Made by a program: the position numbers and the translations under genes. The notes under the pieces were generated by a model. That model was not told the DNA's origin. It did not search any database and saw only the letters and a list, made by a program, of their open reading frames with translations. A stretch of 62,042 nucleotides of DNA, the filler included, from Choristocarpus tenellus KU-1152 (lineage: Eukaryota; Protista; Phaeophyceae): the NCBI GenBank assembly GCA_964200185.2. It is 10 parts of 10 records of this genome, joined end to end, with 100 filler letters (N's around TTAATTAATTAA, not from the genome) between each part and the next. Parts side by side here need not be neighbours in the genome. Positions count along the whole stretch, not along the records: positions 1 to 9,396 come from CAXNAD020003711.1; positions 9,497 to 17,451 come from CAXNAD020005344.1; 8 more parts are not named here. One strand, given 5' to 3'. Shown one piece after another: positions 1 to 11,452 of this stretch (its first letter is position 1; each line of letters opens with the position of its first letter).

Positions 1-199
1 GTCAATTTTGGGTCAAGCCCATCCTCTATGAAAAGCTCCATCCTCAATTTTTGAGGTCGGCTGTTAACAATGGAAGGTTGAGGCTAACCACTCACTGGTC
101 AAGTTTTACTCAGTAACAGTACCCATCACAGTTTGTTGTGTTAGTACAGGAACAACAAAAGTAATGCCGTGCAAGAGATCAAAATTGGCCCATACTTAC

Positions 200-230
200 C
201 CTCGGAGGATCCCTCTCTAATGACAGAAAC
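200..230 (-). CDS. Isolated short exon of an unidentified gene running off the window start
   Basis: On the minus strand, the acceptor ttttcag and consensus donor gtaagt flank 31 nt (GTTTCTGTCATTAGAGAGGGATCCTCCGAGG). No product can be assigned. Confidence 0.35.
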
Positions 231-2089
231 CTGAAAAGTGATAATCATGCTACTAATAATTCAAGCACGAAAAAGCATATTATGTGTAACAGCACAATTG
301 TTGTAAAATGCTCAGAAAAGGTTGGCGACCCTTTTTTACCTCTACAAAACATGGTTTCAGAGGCAGAGCTTACTACATACTGCATACAATTCCCGCAGCT
401 AGATTGTTTTGAATGTCAGCAGAGAGTGTCCATCAAATAGAACAATCTGTGTAGGTATCTTACCCACCAGGTAACCAGTCAAACTCCACAGGCAATTTTT
501 TCAGTTTTATCTCCAAAAAACGAAAGAAAACTTTGAAAGGTGACGATAATTTGATGGCTGTCATTCAGGCTGGGAGAGAGTTACCTCATTTCATTAAAAG
601 AGAAAAAAAAGAGCCACACACCACACAAACACCAAGATGTCCCCTTTGAAAGATGGTAGAACCAGCCAATAGCATGCCTGATATAATGTGCAGCTCAGCC
701 TGTGCAGGTACCACCTCTTTTGAAAGTTTGTGGCGCACCTGCCCCATCCACCAGAGGAAGGAAAATAGAGACTTTGATGACGGCAAATTCCTGCAAGAAC
801 GAAGTATTAGTCGATCACACTGACTTCGAAGTACTGACCAAACACGCCCCGCAAAAACTTCCACTCTTCCTCTCCTCCCGTTTCTGTCTGCAACCCCCTC
901 AACCTCAAACACGCCACACACATGCAGCCAGGTCAAGGAAAATCTTCAGATAACAAAAACACACACCAACATAGCACCCCCCCTTCATCACAAACAAGGC
1001 AGCCTCATCTGCAAAATATATGATCACGGGAAGCGATACCCCCTTTAAAGCTTCAACACTCTGCCCATCTCAGTTGCCCCTCAAACCTCATCACCACCTA
1101 AAATATTTGGGGTAGGTGTGAAATGGCATCCTTCAGCTGCAGATACATGGGAGATACACACAAAAAGCTCAATTCACTTGCAAATCTTCCACATCCCGGG
1201 CATGATGTCTTCTACAATGCCGCACCCAGAGGAAGTTGTTCTTCCAACAAAGAAACGAACACTCCACACAAACATTAAAAAAAATGGGCTAAAGCATGCA
1301 TGGCTGTCTCTCTGGGGGAAGAGAGGGAGGTGTTCAGATGAGCCAGAACTGCATGCAAGAGGAAAAGAGCAAGGACCTAAGTGTCATGGAGCGACCAGGA
1401 CATGATAGGAAGGCAGGAAAAAAGAAAATCACAATACAAGCATGACACATATCATATTGTATAACAAAGATTGCTTCCGCTCCTTCTGTCACCATCAAAA
1501 CACAAAACTATCCCCACAACTCACATGCACACACTGTATGTATACGCTCACTCATTTTACTTCCCAACTCTCAACAACACACACTGAGTGTATCCAGGAT
1601 GGCAAACCCAATCAGGGCAGGCACATTCGTGAACTCCACCCTGCCTCTCTCAGGCACATTCCCACCCAAAAAAACAAGAGGGTTTTAGACCCTCTTCCAC
1701 CCCTGCCTAGGTCAAGCCATAGTGCCCTGTCTTTTTGAGAATGCCTCCAAGCGAACGAAATAAAACCCTGGGTAGAGGAATGATGCTGGGCTCAGAAGCC
1801 CGCTGAGCGGAGGTATTCAGCAAGGTCTTCCACCGCCTTCATACCGAAAAAAGCACACAAACAAATCAAAAACGAGAAATAGAAAGGAGAATAAGAGTGG
1901 GGGGGGGGGGGGGGGAAAAAGGAAAAAAACAAAAAAAAAAAAAAAAAATTTGAAATAATAATAGAAAGAAAAGGGAAGAGGGAGGGGGTGGGGGGGGGGG
2001 GGATGGGATAAGGATGAAACTCAAACTAGACAACACAGATTTGATATAATCATTGTAAGTATCAGGGGGAATAGGTGAAATGCAACATA

Positions 2090-5000
2090 ATTAGCACTAG
2101 ACTTCATTCCTCAAGAGTAGTCGTTCATGGGAATATTCCCACCAAATGTTTTGTCTAATATTTTCAACCATGCACCTGTAATGGTCGAACATAGGCCCTT
2201 TGTTTGAGGTAGACTCTACACAAGACAGAAGTGCCCATAACAACCTACCTCTCAAAGAGACAACAGCACAAGGGTTGCCTATTCTTAAACTCAAAAATCG
2301 AATCCTAGCAAACCCTGCCCACCAAACAGCCTTGAAAAAATTGGTGAGTCCTACAATTTTCCAATTCTCAGATCCCTCAAGTTAGTTCATTCATAAACTA
2401 CTTTTCGTCACAGTGCTGTCGTTGACGATACAATTAGCATTGCATATACACACAAAGGTGAAATAAAAGTAAGGAAAAGGTGGTGTGGTCTCATCTCTAT
2501 TCAAGGTGACCTCAATTCACATCCCATTCTTCAGGATAGGAATGTACATAACGTTAATCTTTAATCTTTCTTCCATGTGTACATGAGTGGAGAGTATGGG
2601 GGACACAGAGGGTGTCATTTGTCTTGTAAATCTTGAAAGGTTACCAAGTGAAAGTGAAGCCTTAGTGCTCATTCTTAACACTTTGAATATTCCGAAGAGG
2701 AAAGAAGACACAAAATGAACTCCCAAAGGTTACAAGTCAGCTCCTTCCACCACATCCCTACACAAGAGTCTTAATGATCACACAAAAAAGAGTAAAATCC
2801 TCAATCATGGCAAACAAGCCCCAAGCACACTTGCTAGAAAGGTGGTGAGTTCACTGCTGCTTCTATACAAAAATACCAACAACAGACATAGGTAAACTAT
2901 AAAACAATCAGAAATCTTATCAAAAACAAAAGGACCTCACAATTTCCGTAGTTTCAATCCCCAGTCATGGCGATCTCTTCACCCCCCCCCCCTTCAGAAA
3001 ACAATCCATGTGTCCACTTCATGTCTGTGTCATGTAAGAGTCACATATACCATACCTTGTTGCAAGCCGGTAGAGATGACCCTTGGTTGGCCTCATCGTC
3101 GAACACACCAATGATGATTAGACTGTTGGTGCATGCGAAGCAGGCACCCCCCTTTGACTGTGATTTTATTCATAACCCCACAAAGAGCGGGGGAAAGAAA
3201 GGTGGGGAGGACATGGGCAATGAGATGCGCATGAAGCGTTTGTGTGAGTGGGTAATGTTTAAAATACGTAACAATTTGCTGCTCTTTCTATTCAAATGGA
3301 GACAGTCTACATGGAGCAAGAGGAAGTTCAGCAGAGGCCAAAAAAAAAGGCCATAGCAATAGATTCCTGGCTAAAGCTAATCTCCAGGCAAAAAACTATG
3401 ATTTCACAACTTCCGCAAAATAACTCTTGATTGGATCAACTTTGTCATTATCTCTTCGATCTAACAAAATGGATGGATTTAACATGGATCATCTAAACGA
3501 AAAAAACTAGAAAGCCTTTCAATAGTCATTGTTGTGAACAATGATCCGTACAATACAACTCGTTTAGCTGTGCAGGTTACAAAAGCAATGTCTATGCAAA
3601 TACTACACAACAAATGTACAACGAAGATGTTGAAGGCTCAATGCGTCCTCCTGTTCTAATAGACTCTTCTGAACAATTAGCTCTCACTAGTGTCATTGAC
3701 AGCATCAAGAGGAAGGACACTGTCCCAAGCATTGTCCTGGTTGATGGGAGTTTCAAATTTACCATGCCTAAAATTAGGCATTCTAGGGAAGATAAGCATC
3801 AAGACGTAGGTTGTACAAAGTGTAGACATACATCACTTGATATGCAAGTCACACCAAAGCAGAAACATGCAATTAAACTAAAAATTGAAAAAATCAGTGC
3901 TTCAAAAAAACGGGACCTTTGCAATCAGCAGGCCACAGGTTAATCCAGAAATTGATTGGTTCTTTTACCTACAAAATTGGCAGTTAGCCGAGAGGTGTTG
4001 CATTATGGCGTTCACCGCACTTGGTGTAAGCAATTCTGTTAATAATTCTTAACTATATCACAAACATTTTCATTGAAAGTCATACTGACCACCAGCTGAG
4101 ATAAAAACCCGATCAAAACTATGGAAATATTATGCACCCGAGGCACAAGCAACGTCCCTTCACATGTTCACTTACTGAAATCAAAAAGTAATGAATCACA
4201 CGAGCACCCAATCATCCGAAATACCTTCTTGAGGTAAAGCGTGGGTCCCTCCTCCAGCTGGCGAAGCACCTGATACTTAGCCCCATTCATCCTCCAGGAT
4301 GTAGCAGGTCTTGCCCCTGTGGTTACGAAAGCTGCAAAAAATCCAGTACAGTACAATAGCATGCAGTTCAAAGGTTAGCACCCGTAACAACTCCTCTCTT
4401 GATCAGACCTACATCAAGCCAACCCGCTTTCATCTACAGGTTCCGTGAGCATTCATGCAATCAACAAGATGTAAGACTCAAAAGCTCGACAAGGTGCAGT
4501 CCGAGGAGTGATCCATTTCAAGTCCATAGGCGTAAAGCATGCAGAGGAAAGTACAGGAGTATTCAGGGGGGTGCAGGAGGCTAAGGACAGCAAGTGCAGT
4601 TCTCCTGTACCTCATATCAAAAATCCCTTTAAATATGTATGAATTAAAGTGAGCTGGAATTGATAACATGATGCTAATACGCAGGGTATATAACAGAGGA
4701 AGGGGAACTGAGAGGTTAATCTTCAGGTCATCTATGTGTGAAGAATTAGAACATCAGCTTGAAGAATCCAATAAATTCCATGCACCAACTTAAAACAGAA
4801 TGTCTCCCCACAATCCTACTTGATAGATACCTAAATCAAGATTTCGGATTTTCCCCTCAGTTTTTTATCCTCCTAAACACGTAAAAAGAGGGGGCTAGAA
4901 GGAGAGTGCAAGAGGGAAACGTGAAGGATAATAGTAATAGCTGTGGCCAGGGTCTCAACTCATGTGGACAAGGAAAAAATTGGCACTGCGTATCCTTACA

Positions 5001-6340
5001 GAAATACAATGATAATATTATTTCCCTAACACTTTTTGCCTTTTTTCTCAATTTGCAAGAGATAACCCCTCCGGAATAATTTAGGTTCAGACACTGCCAG
5101 GTTTAGGCTGAAAACCATTCTCACAGAAATAACAGCAGGTTCATGTCTTCGTGTAATATGACTAAAGAGGGTAACGATAAAGGAAGGTTATGATATGCGA
5201 AAACCCTAAACAACGCTTGGGGAGGGGTAAACACGAAATTACATTGGACATTCGCAATGGCCACATTTGGACAGCAAGGTCAAAGAGGTTAGATTGCATG
5301 TCAAATTCTTACAGAAGAACCACACAAAGTTCACAACACGAGTACATATTATATCCAAACCCCCTTCCCATGTGCGTTCTCTGCAGATGATACTTTTGAC
5401 GAAAGTACTTACCCAGCATGTCCGCTGCCTCGTTGATAGCCATTTCCCTCTCGGATCCATCCTCTTGGGTGACAGCTGCGTTATACGCCCTAAACTGTCA
5501 GATTCAGAGAAGCATGGAAACGGGTTGGTGGAGTTGAAGTTAGAGCTTGATCGAACTGAGAGATAACCTAGTTGGTTGACAGAAGAAATAACCCCCCAGA
5601 ACTTACGGCGGATACATTGAGATAACCAGGTATGAAAGAAAAATAGGCTTAACGTTGTCTTTGTTCTTCAATTATGGGGAAATAGGGTGTCAGCACTCCT
5701 GCCCGACACCGGAAGAACCTTAACCGTGTTCTCAAGGATGAGATTTTTGGGCTCCACAAACTCGAGATGTCCGTGCCTCTCGTGATAACACAAGTCTAAT
5801 TTTTCTAGGCTCGTATCAATCAAGCACATCGGTGATATGATGAACAAAGGTAGGTTGGGCATGCACAATGTCAGGGTTTGATATATCGCCAAATTGATTC
5901 TCCGGCGAACATTGAGGCACTACAGAACGGGCATCACGTGAAACCTCCTCCTTGTTGGATTGAAGGTGATATTATTATGGAATATGTGTGAGGTAGAGAC
6001 AAAATGGAGGGTAGGGATTTTTGTGGAAAGAAACGCAAGGAGGCAACCTGGGAAAAGAAGAAAGGTGGAGTTCCTCAGTAGCGGAAATGGGAGCCCATGG
6101 ATATGTTTCGGTTGCACCCGGAGGTATGGGGAAGGATGTAACTACGTATTCACTTGCCCCAAAAAATCGACTCTATCAACAGCTGAATTACCTGGAAGTC
6201 ACCAGCATTGGCGTACAGCTGCATGTCTGCCTTACCAAAAATTCCTGCTTCGCACACAGCACCAGTGGCGACCAGCTGGGTGTCAACGTAGGCATTCCAT
6301 CCCGACATGGTTACAGCAGCGATTGCACAAGTAGTTGACT
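2090..6340 (-). mobile_element. Heavily decayed Ty3/Gypsy-like LTR retrotransposon pol remnant
   Basis: Minus-strand fragments occur in Gypsy order: protease-like 'GATET' (~6110), RT N-terminal-like region with YP(L)P (~5220-5460), 'GFFAAFV...LLFDFSK' resembling the RT-RNaseH linker PDFSK (4168-4371) and integrase-like 'VHFVSSF' (~2710). There are many stops and frameshifts; LTRs were not identified and the boundaries are approximate. Confidence 0.45.
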
Positions 6341-6569
6341 GGTGCTTCAGAGGATGTTAAATCTTCGTTCACTAGGAGGAGGTAGGGTGCTAGGCGCTGG
6401 GGTTAGTGTATGTTCCTTGTTTGGAAACTCTTTTGACAAAATGTAGCGTTTCTAGTTGTCTGGTTTTGATGACCATACAGATTTTTTTTTCGTTTCTTTC
6501 GTCGTCCTCGTGCGCTGATATTCCTTCAACCAAAGTCCCACGCGCGCAGTCACTACATGTTGTGTTGGA

Positions 6570-8980
6570 GGTATGGTAGTTTACCAATATAAGAGAGGGT
6601 AGGGACAACCACATAACCCTCCCTTATATCCGTATCCTCTCTTATTGTATATAAGAGAGTTTTCTCTTAAACCCAATCATCTTACATCGACCAACAGTCC
6701 TTGAAGCCACCTTATACTTGTTCCCCGAACGACAACAGAGAGAGCGACACCCTTGCTGTATGTGCTTCCCATGTGTCTTCAAGAGTAGTCACATGAAAAT
6801 ATGTATTGAACTTTGCCCTTGGTGAACCCCTTTCGATGAAGCTGTGGTGGTGCAGGGAGCACCACATCTATACTACTACCTCTAAACAGTATACCACTGT
6901 CATGTTTATACAGTACTGCAACTTTGGCAAATTACACTCAATACGATGTATCCAATCATATGTATAGTACACCTCCCCAAGAAAGGCATCCGTAAGACGT
7001 TGACGGCTGGACACACTGCTCGCACTCCAAATCAAAACAATGTTCAAAGTCAATAATAAACCCTCCGATCCCCTGCCCTACGTACTCAATTGCACTCTAC
7101 AAGGATATAATACAGTTCAGTATCAAAAACGCCACAGTATACCACTGTCGTGTTTATACAGTACTGCAACTTTGGCAAATTACACTCAATACGATGTATC
7201 CACTCGTATGTATAGTACAACCTCCCAAGAAAGGCATCCGTAAGACGTTGACGGCTGGACAGACTACTCGCACTTCAAATCAAAACAACGTTCAAAGCCA
7301 ACAATTAACCCTCTGATCCCCTGCCCTACGTACTCAATTGCACTCTACAAGGATATAATACAATTCAGTATCAAAAACGCCACCACGGATCAAATGCAGC
7401 TGTACCACCATGCACCCCCCCTCGCGTGCACTGAGGAAAACAACTCATTCGCTAAAAAAAAATGCGACTGCCAAAAAATCGCGAAAATTTCAGCTTGTTT
7501 GATTGCCCTTGCCCCGATTGTGCTGAACCAAGCCAGCTTTGCTTTCAGAAGATAGTACGAAACATTGTTCATCATGCTACACTCTTCAGCAGGTATTTCT
7601 AAGCTTGCAAACTTGCCAACTAATTGAGAGTACAGCGGTGGAGAAATCAAGAACACTGAAGAGGTTGCACCTTTCCTCGCGGGCCTTGGTGCGCTGCTCC
7701 ATCCCATGAACCCATTGTCATCCTCGTCACCTTAGCTTTCATCGTCCGACTGGTGCAACGATTCTTCAAGTAGCTGGTCTTCCATGTCCTCTAGTATCGC
7801 ATTGGCCACTTCACCGTTGTCTTCCACACCGATCCACGCTCTCACCGCGTCGATGGAAACCTGAGAGGGTTTTCTGTTTGGGTTTGAGGTGCAGACCATC
7901 AAGAGCATCGGAGAGATCGTCACTAATATATAGGTACAAGGTGTCCCTATATATTTATCCCATATGGACACCTTGTGGGGCATACCTCTACAAGCAAAAT
8001 GACCATCCGTGATACTACAGTACACGGCAGAAACTCCCACAAAATTTCAAAAAATTCAATCCTGATCCACATCAGCAGACAGTCCAGAAAGACAATTCAA
8101 TCACGATCACAATTTCAATCCACACGCTGACGCACCTCGGCATGTTTGTCACCCCTTGTAGACTCGGCGTCAGGCTTCAGCATCAGCGCTTCCTCTGTCA
8201 TAGTTGTTGCCTCCTTCTTCAACTTGTAGAGGGTGCTGTGACTGATTCCAAACTTTTGAGCAACTACAGTTCTTGCCATGGTCTTCAGGAGTGTCAACGT
8301 TTCCACCTTCTCCTCAAAGCTCAAGCATTTACGATTTTCGGCACCGCGAGGCTTGTAGGACGTGGCTTTCTCCGTAGATTTATTTGGCAGCACCTTCCCC
8401 TTCCCCTTGTTCTTGTTATTGTGGCGCTTTGACGAGGTGTAGTCACAAGCTGGAGAACTCAAAGTCTTGCACTTAGTGTGGCTCACACACAATTTGCACA
8501 CGCGTTTCATTTTGCTTGCACCAAAAGGATCCACGACGCTGCAAATGTCATGAAGATAGCCACTACAAACGTGACTCTTATGGCATGTATAGTGTGGCGG
8601 ACCAGAAGTATTACCCTGTAGGTTGCAGCTGGACCCCGCTGTGCATGGCATCGTTATAACTGTACAGTGCAGTTGTCTAAACTTGATGTGATATGTACTG
8701 TATGTTATATTATGTGCTATACTGAGAGACAAAAGGCCGGCTATGGTGTGTACTGCTGGTCTCGAGCAAGTTCTCACTTGTTTATGTTATATTTGCTTAA
8801 CTTTAGGTATGGGTTTTGGAAACTCGTTATCACGTAGTGAAAAAATGCGAGTTTGCTCGATATAAGAGAGAATTATCAGGAAAACGCCGAAACCTCTCTT
8901 ATATCTTGAAGAGTTGCGAGAAGGCAATTTAGCCTCTCTTATATCTCGTTGTCTCTTACATCGGTACGCCCACTCTAGTA
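6570..8980 (-). mobile_element. pogo/Tigger-like (Tc1-mariner superfamily) DNA transposon, internally deleted
   Basis: ORF 8115-8777 has a CENP-B/psq-type HTH (RKCLSFEEKVETLTLLKTMARTVVAQKFGISHSTLYKLKKE). Downstream are an acidic tail (AWIGVEDNGEV...DDES, 7732-7870) and a KQAEIFAIF terminal motif (~7480-7505). The motif ATATAAGAGAG/CTCTCTTATAT is repeated near both ends (6586-6690 and 8860-8965), with imperfect terminal inversion TACCAATATAAGAGAG vs TACCGATGTAAGAGAC. Confidence 0.65.
6887..7383. repeat. Tandem duplication, 2 copies of a ~248-bp unit
   Basis: Units start with cagtataccactgtc at 6887 and 7135 and are near-identical through aaaaacgccac. Confidence 0.9.
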
Positions 8981-9396
8981 GAATTTGCTATTACTTTATT
9001 AGTGAGATTGTTTTAGGGTTATTTGGAACTATTTTCTTCTTAATTGTTTTACAAACATATACAGGAAGGCCATAGTACAATATTGATAGTGGCAGCCGAG
9101 GCGCGAAAGCGCACCCACTACTAGGGCTCCTTTGATCCTCGTAGTTATAACCTCAACATCTTTGCGGTGGAAAGTTTGGGGCACCTCGGCAAGCAAGTGG
9201 AATCCTTCCTGGATGAGCTGGATACTCACATGGTAGGAGGGAGAGGAGCGGGAGGATGCGACCGGGAAGGAGTAGTTAAACCCGGGCTACGCCAAATTGT
9301 TTCGGTGACTACGCAAGTGGCATTGTCTCGACGTGTCATGCGCTTCAAACTAGAGTCACCAGGGAGATGGGCACGGAGGGGCCTGTTGGATTCTTG

Positions 9397-9496
9397 NNNN
9401 NNNNNNNNNNNNNNNNNNNNNNNNNNNNNNNNNNNNNNNNTTAATTAATTAANNNNNNNNNNNNNNNNNNNNNNNNNNNNNNNNNNNNNNNNNNNN
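9397..9496. other. Artificial 100-nt contig linker (N-run, TTAATTAATTAA, N-run); also at 17452-17551, 26808-26907, 30469-30568, 38910-39009, 43103-43202, 45903-46002, 50585-50684 and 58505-58604
   Basis: All nine have identical length and the same palindromic core that places stop codons in all six frames. Confidence 0.97.
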
Positions 9497-9530
<34 letters not shown>

Positions 9531-10517
9531 GGGGGAGATTGATTTGCACGCAAAGGTTGTTGTGGTGGTAGGAGTAATTCGGGTTCAGATACGGGATGTG
9601 CGGCATTGATTTGATTGTCGTTGTTCCCATGTGGGGCGGAGTGTGAGTGACGCATTGAGACAGGGGTGTATGTACCATTCAAGAGGGTAAAGCTTTTGCT
9701 CTCTGTCCGTTCTGGACAGAGAAAAAAATAAAAGAAATATAGTGACAAAACTCGACTTTTTGAAGCCCATTTTTTCTTCTTTTTTTTCTCTGCTCCGGAT
9801 TTGATAAAAAATGTACGAGGAGTGTCATTTTTGTGAAGTCCATTGGTCATTTTTTGCTCTGTTTTGGATTTGGTGACATCAAAATCGTATCATTGAATAA
9901 CGACCTCAAATGGACGCCCGACACCCTCTTTAAAATGGTATGACTCACAATTGGGTCTGACATCACACACCGTGGCTCACACCCTCCGAAATGGATAACT
10001 TTGGTGAAAAAATTGTGCCGGTGAGTTGGCCTGACACCTCTGCCAAACGTACTGCGATTGCTGTGATGTTTCTCACGCCTTTATTATCCCGATGCTGTCT
10101 CAATCCCCAGCTCTGCTTACCAGAATATCGCACAGGCCGTGGTCAAGCATGAATATTTTACTACGATTATCTTGTGTTATCTCACCCACAATTTGCTCCT
10201 CTGTTCAAATTTAGCGTTGGTGTAATTCAATTGGTTCAACCCTATCAAATAGAGTCCAAGAAAACACTAGTAGTCTGTTACATCAAATTGAAGCGAAAGT
10301 CTATTCTTTCAATCGCCCTTGTGTCTTTTTTTTTGGGGGGGGGGGTTCGTCTTTCAAGACATCGCTCTCTGTGGCTGAAATCTGCCTTTCGTGTTCCCCC
10401 CTTGCCTCCCGAGATTGGTGAGGTAGAGTGCATGAACCTGAGGCACTGATTGCTGCTTACTGTTGAAGAATATATATATATATATATTTTTTTTAATCCT
10501 GGCGCATTATCGCGTTG

Positions 10518-10612
10518 GACTTATTTATTTCTACTATAACATACCGTTGACTTATTTATTTCTACTATAACATACCGTAGACTTACTTATTGCTACTATA
10601 ATATACCGTATA
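10518..10612. repeat. Minisatellite, ~31-bp unit x3
   Basis: gacttatttatttctactataacataccgt is repeated with minor variation. Confidence 0.85.
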
Positions 10613-11452
10613 CTTTTGTGAGAGTCCTGGTAGGGGGGGGCTGGGGAACTGTTGAGAGTTGGAATGTTTGCTGTTTGATGTCAAAATGCCTAAGGTTATA
10701 TGTGTTGAGTGCCTACTACTTGCTTCCTTACTTGTGGGGAAGGTGAGATGGCCTATTGGGCAGCATATATTGAGAATAGTGGGACCAAATCAAGGCCCTA
10801 AAACTTACCCCTTTCGAAATTTGTAACTTGCGAGTGCAACTTTTGAAAGCTGGCTGGCATAAATACACTGCGCGCACACAGTCATGACTTTAGAGGGCTT
10901 GCAACATGCGGATAATTGATATTTTCACTCGTTGTGAAGCACTCTGAACTGTTGCACTATTGATGAACTGAAGTACAAGTCCTCCCGACAAAAATATCAA
11001 AGTTCAGCTAGACTTATGAAGTGCAGTGCTTAACCTTCTTCCATCCGACTTGGACCACCCCAGTCAGACCGATTGCAGTCCAAAACTTGTGCATTTTCTC
11101 CACCAAAAAAACCAAGGTAAGACTTGCATTCTAGAACTGACCTAACTGATCCAAGACTATGCTCCAGGCATATTTTTCTCCATTCCAGGAACCCTCAGAA
11201 CCAAATCGATGCATACCCCCAACCCCTCCAAACCCTTCGCTCTACTACGGTGTCTGATTTTGGGTTGATGTCTGATTTTGTGCGCCCTTCAGAGGTGGCG
11301 CACCCACCTTCCATGTGGGCCAACCATCTCTAACTTTTACATTCATCCTGAGTAAGCTATTCAAAGCAAACAGAAAAAAAACACGATAACAATCTGAAGG
11401 GCAAAAGGTCCACACCAAGATCCTCTCCCCCAAACACGCCATTGTGCCCCAG

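Noticed and set aside
193-203. ATACTTACC as a second U1 5' end
   Set aside because: No U1 stems or Sm site follow; it is the reverse complement of a GTAAGTAT splice donor.
586-1850. ORFs at 586-936, 702-953, 1118-1405 and 1442-1738 as genes
   Set aside because: No recognisable motifs or consistent splice chain; probably decayed repeat or intron sequence.
9145-9232. Possible exon YNLNIFAVESLGHLGKQVESFLDELDTHM (ag...gtagga)
   Set aside because: The splice signals are plausible, but it is isolated by a gap and has no recognisable homology, so it could not be assigned.
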